DNA of 63,794 nt, taken from the NCBI GenBank assembly GCA_035501715.1, contig DATJVS010000063.1, positions 1 to 63,794 of the forward strand, in the 5' to 3' direction. Origin of the DNA: Usitatibacter sp. Lineage in GTDB: Bacteria > Pseudomonadota > Gammaproteobacteria > Burkholderiales > Usitatibacteraceae. Under the pieces are notes generated by a model. The model was given only the letters and a program-made list of their open reading frames with translations. It searched no databases and was not told where the DNA came from. The first letter of the stretch is position 1. Each line of letters begins with the position of its first letter. Of the stretch, positions 22,683 through 31,402 are shown one piece after another. The translations under genes and the position numbers were made by a program.

Positions 22683-23495
22683 TCAGGCGACTTCGGGAAT
22701 GTACTTGAACGGGTAGTCCGGCGAGCGGTACTTGCCGGGCTTTCCGCGCTTGGGCAGCTTCACCTTGTCCCGCGGCGCCTTCTTGTGCGGGATCCTCGAG
22801 AGCAGGTGCGTGATGATGTTCAATCGCGCGCGCCGCTTGTCGTTGGAGCGGGCCACGAACCAGGGCGCCCACGAGGTGTCGGACTCGGCGAACATCTCGT
22901 CGCGGGCGCGCGTGTATTCGTGCCAGCGCCCGTAGGAAGCCAGGTCCATCGGAGAGAGCTTCCAGATCTTGCGCCCGTCGTCGATGCGCTCCTGGAGCCT
23001 GCGCGTCTGCTCCTCGGGGCTCACCTCGAGCCAGTACTTGAGCAGGATCACGCCGGAGTTGACGATCGCCTTCTCCACGAGCGGAACGGCCTTCAGGAAT
23101 TCCTGCGCCTGCTGCTCCGTGCAGAAGCCCATGACGCGCTCGACGCCCGCGCGGTTGTACCAGCTGCGGTCGAAGATCACGACTTCGCCCGCCGCGGGCA
23201 GGTGCGGCAGGTAGCGCTGGATGTACATCTGGGATTTCTCGCGTTCGGTGGGCGCGGGCAGCGCGATCACGCGGAACACCCGCGGGCTCACGCGCTCGGT
23301 GATCGCCTTGATGGTGCCGCCCTTGCCCGCGCCGTCCCGGCCTTCGAAGATCACGCACACCTTGAGGCCCTTGTGCTTCACCCATTCCTGCAGCTCGACG
23401 AGCTCCACGTGCAGCCCGAGCAGGCGCTTGTCGTAGTCCTTGCGCCCGAGCTTTTCGCCGGGCGCGGCCCCGCGCCGCTTCGTCGCCTTCTTCAT
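22683..23495 (-). CDS. ppk2: Polyphosphate kinase 2 (single domain)
   Basis: Motifs FEGRDGAGKGG, YIQRY, FDRSWYNRAGVERVMGF, WKLSPMD. Confidence 0.95.
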   Translation of the reverse strand: MKKATKRRGAAPGEKLGRKDYDKRLLGLHVELVELQEWVKHKGLKVCVIFEGRDGAGKGGTIKAITERVSPRVFRVIALPAPTEREKSQMYIQRYLPHLPAAGEVVIFDRSWYNRAGVERVMGFCTEQQAQEFLKAVPLVEKAIVNSGVILLKYWLEVSPEEQTRRLQERIDDGRKIWKLSPMDLASYGRWHEYTRARDEMFAESDTSWAPWFVARSNDKRRARLNIITHLLSRIPHKKAPRDKVKLPKRGKPGKYRSPDYPFKYIPEVA

Positions 23496-23528
23496 CGATG
23501 GCCTCCGTTCGTGGATTGCGCCCGCGCG

Positions 23529-23927
23529 CTATTTCTTCTGGAACTTCTTCCTGCACTCGCCCAGCGGTTCCGAATAGACCTTCGGCTCCCAGTTGGTGCC
23601 GGTGGTGCGCTTGGCCGCGATCCGATACAGCGTGCAAGCTTCCAGGTCCATCTGCAGCTCGCGCTGCTCCTCGGCGGGCGATTGCGTGACGCGCCCCGTG
23701 GTGAAGCGCACCGTGATCGTGTGCTTGCCCGGCGCGATCGGATCGGTCTGGCGCGGGTCGCGCGTGCTCTTGCCGTCGACCTGCGTGATCGCGATCGGAA
23801 ACTCCTTGCGCACCTCGGACTTGTCGGCGGTCTCGATAATCGCCCAGGGGCTGTCGAAGGAACCCGCGAGCGCGGCAGTTGTCCCTGCGAGAGCGGCTGC
23901 AAGGACGGCGATGTGGCGGATGTTCAT
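23529..23927 (-). CDS. Hypothetical exported protein
   Basis: ATG 23927 (MNIRHIAVLAAALAG...). Signal peptide, beta-rich mature part with two Cys. Lies 33 bp upstream of ppk2. Confidence 0.7.
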   Translation of the reverse strand: MNIRHIAVLAAALAGTTAALAGSFDSPWAIIETADKSEVRKEFPIAITQVDGKSTRDPRQTDPIAPGKHTITVRFTTGRVTQSPAEEQRELQMDLEACTLYRIAAKRTTGTNWEPKVYSEPLGECRKKFQKK

Positions 23928-24016
23928 TGTCGTGGTCTCTTGGTGGACGGCCGAAAATAGTACTATGGGACGGACTGCGTTGCTTGACGCGGCGCAATCC
24001 GGGGAAGGTCGACGAC

Positions 24017-24031
24017 TGCTAGCGTGCATCG
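24017..24031 (+). promoter_or_regulatory. Extended -10 promoter, probably leaderless
   Basis: TG-C-TAGCGT then 6 nt to ATG 24032. No SD. Confidence 0.45.
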
Positions 24032-24400
24032 ATGACTGTCACTATCCTGCGACGCCTTGCCGCCGCCGCGCTCTGCCTTGCCGCGGCGAGCCCCGCGTCC
24101 GCCATCAATGAAATGTTCGCGAAAGACGCGCCGGTCTCCCGCATGACCGCGGAGGATTTCAGGATCGCCGGCGAGGCGATGCGAAAGGCCCTCGACGAGG
24201 GGCGCGACGGGCAAACCTACGAGTGGAAGAATCCAGCGACGAACGCGTCGGGCACGATCACGCCCCTCGCGCGCTTCGAGAAGAACGGAATGCAGTGCCG
24301 CGGTGCCGCGTTCGCAAGCGACGTGAAGGGCGCGAAGGGACGCAGCCAGTGGAACCTTTGCAAGAGCGCACAGGGATGGAAAGTCCTAGAGGGGAGGTGA
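24032..24400 (+). CDS. 17-kDa surface antigen-like (RT0821/Lpp0805-like) exported protein
   Basis: Signal peptide. Motif AL.....G....W.NP.T..SG.I.P.......CR.......C....GW. Confidence 0.72.
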   Translation: MTVTILRRLAAAALCLAAASPASAINEMFAKDAPVSRMTAEDFRIAGEAMRKALDEGRDGQTYEWKNPATNASGTITPLARFEKNGMQCRGAAFASDVKGAKGRSQWNLCKSAQGWKVLEGR

Positions 24401-24431
24401 CCCGCAACACCCGCATCAAGGAGATTTCCAG

Positions 24432-25028
24432 ATGAAGACGATTCGCAGCTTGCTCCTGGCGGCCGCTGCCGCCGCCGCCGTCCCCGCACTCGCCCAGCAG
24501 CAGTCTTTCTCGCCGTGGTACATCGGCGCGGGCGCAGGCCAGGGACACCTCGGGGCCTCGGGCACCGACCTTACCGGGCTCGACAACGCGCAGGTTGGAA
24601 ACACCGAGACCACGTACACGGTGCGCGGAGGTTTTCGCGTGAATCCCTACTGGGGCGTCGAGCTCGGCTACTACGACCTAGGCAAGTACGACTTCCACGG
24701 GACGCCATTCGGCAGCACTGCCAACATCGACGGGCAGGCGAAGGCCAAGTCGTATGGGATCTCGCTCGTGGGCACGATTCCGCTGGACCAATTCGACCTG
24801 TACGGGCGCGTGGGCTATGCGCACTCCGAAGTGAAGCTGAATGCGAGCGCGCCGCTCATCCTCACTCCGTACAACTCGAAGCAGACCCAGGACGAGGCCA
24901 CCTACGGCGTGGGCGCGCGTTGGAACTTCGATCCCGCGTGGGGCGTGTTCGCCGAATGGATGAAGAATGACAAGATCAAGGTGGACAGCTATCTTATCGG
25001 CGTCGACTATAAATTCCCGGGGATGTGA
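24432..25028 (+). CDS. Small outer-membrane beta-barrel (OmpA transmembrane-like)
   Basis: AAGGAG SD and signal peptide. Motifs WYIGAGAG, GFRVNPYWGVELGYYDLG, YGVGARWNF. Confidence 0.85.
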   Translation: MKTIRSLLLAAAAAAAVPALAQQQSFSPWYIGAGAGQGHLGASGTDLTGLDNAQVGNTETTYTVRGGFRVNPYWGVELGYYDLGKYDFHGTPFGSTANIDGQAKAKSYGISLVGTIPLDQFDLYGRVGYAHSEVKLNASAPLILTPYNSKQTQDEATYGVGARWNFDPAWGVFAEWMKNDKIKVDSYLIGVDYKFPGM

Positions 25029-25029
25029 C

Positions 25030-25479
25030 ATGAGAACTCTGGCACTGGCTACGATCGCCGCCGCCGCGGTGGCCTGGAATGCTTCGGCGCAGCAGTATGT
25101 GTACCCCGCGAAGGGCCAGTCGCCGGACCAGCAGAAGCAGGACGAGGCCGCCTGCGGCACGTGGGCCACGCAGCAGAGCGGCTTCAACCCAAGCGCTCCG
25201 CCGCCTGCACCGCCGCAGGGACAGGCGCCGGTGACGGGCAGCGGCGCGAGGGCGCGTGGCGCCGCGGCAGGAGCGATCGTGGGTGCGGCGACGGGAAACG
25301 ACACGGGTGACGCGGCCAAGGCCGGCGCCGTGGCTGGGGGCGTGGCCCAGCGAGGATCCAATCGCCGCGCCGCGCGCGACCAGCAGGCGGCGGCTTCGCA
25401 GCAGCAGTCCGCGGGGCAGGATGCCTACCTCAAGGCACGCGGGGCGTGCCTCGAGGGCAAGGGCTACACGGTCAAGTAG
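25030..25479 (+). CDS. Glycine-zipper family exported protein
   Basis: ATG 25030. Motifs YVYPAKGQS..QQ..D...C..WA, GAAAGAIVGA..G, ACLEGKGYTVK. Confidence 0.8.
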   Translation: MRTLALATIAAAAVAWNASAQQYVYPAKGQSPDQQKQDEAACGTWATQQSGFNPSAPPPAPPQGQAPVTGSGARARGAAAGAIVGAATGNDTGDAAKAGAVAGGVAQRGSNRRAARDQQAAASQQQSAGQDAYLKARGACLEGKGYTVK

Positions 25480-25482
25480 CGG

Positions 25483-26337
25483 TCAGAACTCCAGCTTCGC
25501 GTAGAGGCTGAAGGAGTTCGCGCGCCATCCCATGTGGCCGTCGAACTCGCTCTTGTCGACGCTCACCTGGATGTCGGTGTACACCCACTTGGCGCCCACG
25601 CCGAAGTTGCGCACCAGCATGTAGTCGCCCGAGAGCTGCACCTGGTAGGCGTGCCCGTCCACGCTGCCGATCTGCGCCTGCATGCCCATGGCCTGCGCGC
25701 CCAGGTGCGTCTGGGGGTTCACGTACCAGTCGCCCGTGATGCCGATGAGCGGCAGGGGGATCGTCGTGGACACCGACTTGTTGTACGTGTTCGTGGTGCC
25801 CGAGTTGCCGATCGTGCCCACCGCGTTCACGTCGAAGGTGACCTTGCCGCCATAGAAGCCGATGAGGGCTGCCCACTCGTATTCGGGCGTCTGCGCGAAC
25901 GAGTAGCGGTAGTCGAGGCTGCCCCAGTCGTACTTGTTGTGCACGTTCACGTTGGCGCCCAGCGGGAAGTCGTCGCCGCCGATGTTGATGTCGCCGGTGT
26001 ACGACTTGCTGCCCGAGCGCGACACCGTGTAGTAGTCGAAGTCGAGGCGATGGCGCTGCATGAAGCGCCACGCGAGCGAGCCCTCGAAAGAGGAGAGGTT
26101 CTTCTTCAGGCCGTTGTTCTCGAGGTTGATGTCCGTGCCCTGCGAGGAGCTGCCGTCGAGCCTCAGGCTCGTGTCGAACTGGTTCACGATGCCGCCCAGG
26201 CCGATTGTCACGGTCTCGTCGTACGGCTTGATGAAGTCCTGCGACGTCCAGTCCTGGGCGAATGCCGGTCCGGCCAGGGCGAGCGCGGCGGCGCCCAGCG
26301 CGAGGGTGGCCGGTTTGGCGAGCTTGGTCTTGTTCAT
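25483..26337 (-). CDS. Hypothetical outer-membrane beta-barrel protein
   Basis: AGGAG SD, signal peptide, alternating beta-strand pattern, C-terminal Y.KLEF beta-signal. Confidence 0.75.
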   Translation of the reverse strand: MNKTKLAKPATLALGAAALALAGPAFAQDWTSQDFIKPYDETVTIGLGGIVNQFDTSLRLDGSSSQGTDINLENNGLKKNLSSFEGSLAWRFMQRHRLDFDYYTVSRSGSKSYTGDINIGGDDFPLGANVNVHNKYDWGSLDYRYSFAQTPEYEWAALIGFYGGKVTFDVNAVGTIGNSGTTNTYNKSVSTTIPLPLIGITGDWYVNPQTHLGAQAMGMQAQIGSVDGHAYQVQLSGDYMLVRNFGVGAKWVYTDIQVSVDKSEFDGHMGWRANSFSLYAKLEF

Positions 26338-26472
26338 GAAGTCTCCTGTGGCGTCACCGGTTTGCAGTTGAAGGGGAATCCTCGCAGGAAACGGGCATCC
26401 GCGGGCTGATTCCCGTCAAGGAACAGTGGCACAGCGGGCGCAATCCCGCAAGGTGCGCCAAGGGGGCATCGC

Positions 26473-27198
26473 CTAGGGCCGCAGGCCCCGGATCCAGCGC
26501 GTGTAGAGGCGATCGGCGGTGGCGTTCAGGCTCGCGAGGTTGCCGGGCGCGAGGACGCGGATCACCTCCGCATCCTGCACCGCGGGACTCCTCGCCAGGT
26601 TCGCTTCGATCTCGGCGCCGCCGGTCCGGCACCACACGTCGATCATCGCGGCGTCCATCTCGACGTGGCACTGCATGCCCAGGTGCAGCCCGTCCACGAC
26701 GTAGGCCTGGTTCGCGCATGTGCGTCCCGACAGGATGCGCTCCGCGCCGGAAGGCACGGTGAAAGTGTCCTCGTGCCACTGGAAGCTCTCGAATCCTCCC
26801 GACGCGTCGCCCAGCCATTCGCGCGCGGCCGCCGTGGGCTCCGCATCGACGCGGACCCAGCCGATCTCCTTCACGGGATTGCGCGACACGTTGCCGCCCA
26901 ATGCGCGCGACATGAGCTGGCCGCCCAGGCAGTGGCCGATCATCGGCACCCGCCGCCTCGCCGCGTCGCGCATGAGCTCGAGCACGGGACCGGTCCACGG
27001 GAGCTCGTCGTTCGCGCTCATCGGCCCGCCCATGAAACCGAGCCCCGCGAACGGCTCGCTCGATGTCGGGACGGCCTCGCCTTCGTCGAGCTTCACGAGC
27101 GTCCACGGGAGGCGGTTCGCGTCGAGGAATGTGGCAAAATGTCCCGGACCTTCGGTGCCCGAGAACCGGAATACGGCGATCGGCCGGCTGTTTGTCAT
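26473..27198 (-). CDS. Class I glutamine amidotransferase-like protein
   Basis: ATG 27198 with GAGG SD. Motifs EGPG, MGGPMS, GHCLGGQL (Cys), FQWH, QCHVE (His/Glu). Confidence 0.88.
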   Translation of the reverse strand: MTNSRPIAVFRFSGTEGPGHFATFLDANRLPWTLVKLDEGEAVPTSSEPFAGLGFMGGPMSANDELPWTGPVLELMRDAARRRVPMIGHCLGGQLMSRALGGNVSRNPVKEIGWVRVDAEPTAAAREWLGDASGGFESFQWHEDTFTVPSGAERILSGRTCANQAYVVDGLHLGMQCHVEMDAAMIDVWCRTGGAEIEANLARSPAVQDAEVIRVLAPGNLASLNATADRLYTRWIRGLRP

Positions 27199-27217
27199 CG
27201 ACGGTGCCTCATCCCCC

Positions 27218-27853
27218 ATGCGTCCCGGAATCCTCATTCTGCCCGCGATACTCGCCGCGGGCCTTGCCCACGCCACCGACGTGAACGTGATCGGCTTGTT
27301 CCCGGGCAAGGCGGTGGTGACGATCAATCGCGGGCCGCCGCACACGCTCTCGGCAGGCGTGCCCACGCCCGAGGGCGTGACGCTCATCTCCACGACGAAG
27401 ACGAACGCGGTGCTCGATTTCGACGGCAAGCGCCAGACGATCGAGATGGGGCAGGACTACCAGACGGCCGACCGCACCAGCGACAAGCAGAGCGTCACGC
27501 TCCCGCAGGATCCCAGCGGCCACTTCCTCACCGACGCGATGGTGAACGGCGCGCACATCCGCTTCCTCGTCGACACGGGCGCCACGCTCGTTTCGATCCC
27601 GGCGACGGAAGCCGCGCGCCTGGGCATCGACTATACCAAGGGCACGCTCGGTTACTCGATCACCGCCGACGGCCGGCGCGTGCCCTCGTGGCGCGTGATG
27701 CTCGACAGCGTGCAGGTCGGCGACGTTACGCTGCTCAACGTCGAGGGCTCGGTGAGCGCCGGCGCGGGCTTCCCCCTGCTCGGCATGAGCTTCCTCAACC
27801 GCACCGAGATGAGCCGCGTGGGCCAGAGCCTCACGCTCACCAAGCGCTACTAG
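27218..27853 (+). CDS. Clan AA (retropepsin-like, TIGR02281-type) aspartic protease
   Basis: ATG 27218. Signal or TM segment, GHF, FLVDTGAT, LLGMSFL. Confidence 0.88.
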   Translation: MRPGILILPAILAAGLAHATDVNVIGLFPGKAVVTINRGPPHTLSAGVPTPEGVTLISTTKTNAVLDFDGKRQTIEMGQDYQTADRTSDKQSVTLPQDPSGHFLTDAMVNGAHIRFLVDTGATLVSIPATEAARLGIDYTKGTLGYSITADGRRVPSWRVMLDSVQVGDVTLLNVEGSVSAGAGFPLLGMSFLNRTEMSRVGQSLTLTKRY

Positions 27854-27856
27854 CCC

Positions 27857-28654
27857 TCACATCCCCTTCGCGATCATCGCGTAGGCGGAGTGGTTGTGGA
27901 TGGACTCGAAGTTCTCGCTTTCCACCACGTAGGCCTCGATGCGCTTGTCCGCATTGAGGCGCGCGGCGATGTCGCGGACCATGTCCTCGACGAACTTGGG
28001 GTTGTCGTAGGCGTTCTCGGTGACGAACTTCTCGTCGGGGCGCTTGAGCAGCCCGTAGAGCTGGCACGAGGCCTCGTTCTCGGCGATGTCGATGAGGTCC
28101 TCGATCCACACGAACTGGTTGATGCGCGCGGCGATCGTCACGTGCGAGCGCTGGTTGTGCGCGCCCCGCTCGGAGATTTCCTTCGAGCACGGGCAGAGGC
28201 TCGTCACCGGCACCAGCACCTTGAGCGTGAACGTTTCCTTGCCGTCCACGATCTCGCCGACGAAGGTGACCTCGTAGTCCATGAGGCTCGTCACGCCCGA
28301 CACCGGCGCCTTCTTCGAGACGAAGTACGGGAAGGTCATCTCGATGTGGCCGCTCTCGGCCTCGAGCTTCTTCACCATCTCGCGCAGCATCTGGCGGAAC
28401 GTGTCCGGCGAGATCTCGCGCTCGTGGGAATTGAGGATCGCCACGAAACGCGACATGTGCGTGCCCTTGAAGTGGTGCGGCAGGCCCACGTACATGTTGA
28501 AGTGCGCGACCGTATTCTGCGTCCCCCCGCTGCGCTCCTGGATCTTCGCGGGATGGCGGATCGACTTCACGCCCACGCGGTCGATCGCGAGGTGGCGCGT
28601 GTCGGGGCTCGACTGGACGTCGGGAATCGGCAATTTCACGTCGCGCTGGTTCAT
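27857..28654 (-). CDS. folE2: GTP cyclohydrolase I type IB
   Basis: ATG 28654. Motifs [51 protein letters not shown]. Confidence 0.96.
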   Translation of the reverse strand: MNQRDVKLPIPDVQSSPDTRHLAIDRVGVKSIRHPAKIQERSGGTQNTVAHFNMYVGLPHHFKGTHMSRFVAILNSHEREISPDTFRQMLREMVKKLEAESGHIEMTFPYFVSKKAPVSGVTSLMDYEVTFVGEIVDGKETFTLKVLVPVTSLCPCSKEISERGAHNQRSHVTIAARINQFVWIEDLIDIAENEASCQLYGLLKRPDEKFVTENAYDNPKFVEDMVRDIAARLNADKRIEAYVVESENFESIHNHSAYAMIAKGM

Positions 28655-28684
28655 CGGCTGCCTTTCATAGACTGGCGACCCTTC

Positions 28685-28690
28685 ATTATA
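28685..28690 (-). promoter_or_regulatory. -10 box for folE2
   Basis: Perfect TATAAT on the minus strand 30 nt upstream of the folE2 ATG, with an AAAGG SD in between. Confidence 0.5.
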
Positions 28691-28694
28691 GCGT

Positions 28695-29471
28695 TCACGG
28701 GAGCCGCCCCGCTGCGAGCATCCGGCTCGCGACGAGGTGCATCGGCACCCATTGGACAACGTCGTCGAACGCGGCGTTCCCGCCCGCCGTCGCCTCGTGG
28801 TACACGAACACCGGGTCGCCCGACTGGTTCCGTGACTCGTCGCCTCCCGCTGCGGGCGAAATGCCCGCGTTGGGACCGAGGGAAAGCAGCACGAAGGCCG
28901 CACGGCGCGTGAGCTGGTTCGTCGCCGGGCCGCACCCCGAAGCCGACGCGCCCGCGGCGCTCGCGCAGATGTAGATGAAATGGGGCGCGTCGCCCAGTCC
29001 TGCAAGGGTCGCGGCCTGCATTCCGTTCACGCGCGTGAAGGGGTTGGCGACCGCGTTCACCGAAGCGCCCGCGCCGAAGACCGCGTAGCGGATGCGGCTG
29101 TGCTCGGTGTTCCACGCGTCGCGCACGAATCCCTCGGTGTCCAGGGGGGAAAGGCCCAGCGCCGCGCCGGGAAGGTAACCGTCGTAGAAGCGCGCGCAGC
29201 TGCCGTTGCCGCTGTCGCCTCCCGGCGCGAAGCTCTCCTCGCCGCGGCTCGCGTCCGTCGCGGGACATGGCAGGCGCCCGTTGGCCGCGGCGAAGGCGAG
29301 CAGCGAGTCGCGCGCCTCGTCGAGGATGCGCCGTGTCTCGCTCGCGCGGCGCATCTCGAGCTGTGCGGCCACGGGCATGGCGAGCCCGCTCGCGAGCAGC
29401 GTGAGGATGAGGATCACGACCGCGACCTCGATCAGCGTGAAGGCGCGGTTACGGAGAGGCGACGACCACAT
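28695..29471 (-). CDS. Type IV prepilin-like (pseudopilin/minor pilin)
   Basis: Class III signal RNRA|[13 protein letters not shown], then GRLPCP, four Cys and FDDVV near the C-terminus. Confidence 0.85.
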   Translation of the reverse strand: MWSSPLRNRAFTLIEVAVVILILTLLASGLAMPVAAQLEMRRASETRRILDEARDSLLAFAAANGRLPCPATDASRGEESFAPGGDSGNGSCARFYDGYLPGAALGLSPLDTEGFVRDAWNTEHSRIRYAVFGAGASVNAVANPFTRVNGMQAATLAGLGDAPHFIYICASAAGASASGCGPATNQLTRRAAFVLLSLGPNAGISPAAGGDESRNQSGDPVFVYHEATAGGNAAFDDVVQWVPMHLVASRMLAAGRLP

Positions 29472-30975
29472 CGTTGAAGGAGGGCGTCGCGGCGCCGGTG
29501 GTCACGCGCCCGCAGGTGCCCGCGCTTTCGCAGGCGAAGGGCGGCGGATCGTCGCCGCAGCCGGCGGAACCTTCGAGGCGCGCGTTGCCGGCCTCGAGCC
29601 AGTCGGAGATCTCGGCGAGCGCGGCCGCGTCGCGGCGCTGCAGGAACCCGTCCACCGCGAGCGGGGGCCCGGCCACGATCACGGCGAAGCGCCTGGACGA
29701 CGCGACCGCGCGTCCAGAGGGATCGACGAGCTCGATGCACGAGCTCCCCTCGCAAGTGTCGGACGAGGAATCGGCCGCGTACGCGGGCGAAAGCGCGTAG
29801 AACACGTGCGGCTTCCACGCAGCCCACCAGGAGTTGCCCGCGAGGCTCGCGGTCGATCCGTCGGTCGCGGCGATCGCGCACGCGCCGGATGCGTTCGCCC
29901 AGCGATCCATCCGGCCGCGTGCCGCCATCGAGAGGAACGGCGTGTCCGGAATGCGCCCGAAATAGACGCCCTCGCGTCCGTCCCAGGCGTTGCGCGACTG
30001 CAGGCACGCCGGCGTGGGCCACGGCAGCCGCCCCGCGTTCCCGGCTTGAAGCGCGTAGGCGCGAAGGCAGCCGGCCACTTCCAGCGCGACCCGCTCCATG
30101 AGGCGCGGCATCACGTCGCGATACGCGATCGCCATCAGGCGGTCGTTCACCGCGAGACGGCCGTCGGGGAGCACCACGGGCCCGCGGATGAATCCGTTCG
30201 CGTTGGCGCGGCGCCCGGCGGCGTCGTTGCGATCGACGAACTCCGCGTTGTCTTCGTTCGAGAAGCGGGGCTGCGCGGCGACGTCCAGGAAGTTGCGCGG
30301 ATCGCAATGCGCCGCGCGCGTCGGCGGATCGGTGATGCAGCGGCCCGTCGCGTCGCAATCGGCGGGCGGGCAGTCCCGCGCCTGGATCCATCCGTCGGCC
30401 CGCACCAGCGCCGGCCCCGGCGAGAGCACCACGGCGAGGGCTCCGCCCGCATCGGCGCGATAGTCTTCCGTGACGGTGCCGTCGTGGATCGCCAGTCCGG
30501 TGGCATCGCGCACGGTGATGGTGCCGAGCGCCGCGCCCGGCGACATGTCCACGCACGCGCGGCTCACTGCGCAGTTGAGCAGCCCCTTGTACTTGCTCGA
30601 CACCGCGTACCAGAGGCGCTCGCCGTAGCCGTCGCGAAGGTCCGCGATGCCGAGCGTCTTCCACGGCAGCCGTCCCAGGCGCTGGGCCTGTCCGCTGTCG
30701 CCGTTCATCGACCCGCAGGTGGACTCGGCCCAGCCGTCGTCGTCGAGGTCGGGGCAGGGCAGGTATCCGGGCCCTACCGCCGCATTGATGGGACGATCGA
30801 CCGCATACGCGACGAGGGCCTCGCGCGCATCGGCGAGCGCGCGTTCGGTGATGCGGTCGCGCTGGCCCGATCCCGCGGCCGCGGCGAGTTGCAACGCGAA
30901 CACGCCTGCGATGAGCGCGGCGAGAAGGAGCGCGGCCACGATGAGCAGCGTGCCCTGCTGCGAGTGCTTGTCCAT
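29449..30975 (-). CDS. Large Cys-rich PilX/GspK-like pilin
   Basis: ATG 30975. QQG|TLLIVAALLL with no Glu5, GYLPCPDLDDDG, 16 Cys counted. Confidence 0.7.
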   Translation of the reverse strand: MDKHSQQGTLLIVAALLLAALIAGVFALQLAAAAGSGQRDRITERALADAREALVAYAVDRPINAAVGPGYLPCPDLDDDGWAESTCGSMNGDSGQAQRLGRLPWKTLGIADLRDGYGERLWYAVSSKYKGLLNCAVSRACVDMSPGAALGTITVRDATGLAIHDGTVTEDYRADAGGALAVVLSPGPALVRADGWIQARDCPPADCDATGRCITDPPTRAAHCDPRNFLDVAAQPRFSNEDNAEFVDRNDAAGRRANANGFIRGPVVLPDGRLAVNDRLMAIAYRDVMPRLMERVALEVAGCLRAYALQAGNAGRLPWPTPACLQSRNAWDGREGVYFGRIPDTPFLSMAARGRMDRWANASGACAIAATDGSTASLAGNSWWAAWKPHVFYALSPAYAADSSSDTCEGSSCIELVDPSGRAVASSRRFAVIVAGPPLAVDGFLQRRDAAALAEISDWLEAGNARLEGSAGCGDDPPPFACESAGTCGRVTTGAATPSFNDVVVASP

Positions 30976-31048
30976 GGCGCGATTGTCGGCGCCCGCCGCG
31001 CGCCGTGCGCGGCGCAATTCGAATGCGACGTTCGCGAAAGGCGATTGA

Positions 31049-31402
31049 CTAGCGCGAGGGCTTGCCCTGCACTTCGAGCGTGCCCTCGGCGGGCACGGGA
31101 CGATCCACGGCGCGCGGATCGAGGAGCGCGGAGTGCCCCTTGCCGACGGACACGGGCTCCCCGTCGATCCACACGGTATTGCGGCCGTCGCTGCGCTTCA
31201 CGTAGCCGGTGACCATGGGCGCGGTGGCGCGCGAGCTCGTCACGACCGCGTCGCTCACGGGAGAATCGCCACGGCGCAAGCGATCGAGCCGCGCGCGCTC
31301 CTCGGGCGTGGTGAAGAGCGTGCCCAGGTCGGCCGCGCCCGCGATCGCGGCGGCGAGGCACGCGGCGGCGAGCACCAGCCGGTCAGGACGGGCGGCTGCC
31401 AC
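31049..31402 (-). CDS. Hypothetical exported protein (positionally MshK/PilP-like)
   Basis: Signal peptide. Motifs LGTLFTTPEERARLD..R, VTGYVKRSDG..TVWIDG. Lies in the pilus operon. Confidence 0.65.
   Translation of the reverse strand: MAAARPDRLVLAAACLAAAIAGAADLGTLFTTPEERARLDRLRRGDSPVSDAVVTSSRATAPMVTGYVKRSDGRNTVWIDGEPVSVGKGHSALLDPRAVDRPVPAEGTLEVQGKPSR

Noticed and set aside
26345-26370. GCAAACC..GACGC resembling a c-di-GMP-I riboswitch upstream of the barrel gene
   Set aside because: There is no room for the P2 stem with its GNRA tetraloop and no P3. The match is too partial.
26427-26460. sigma54-like TGGCAC..GC motif and TGGCACA/TGCGCCA inverted repeat
   Set aside because: The -12 half is poor (GCGC rather than TTGC) and it points antisense into the 3' end of the GATase gene, not toward a start codon.
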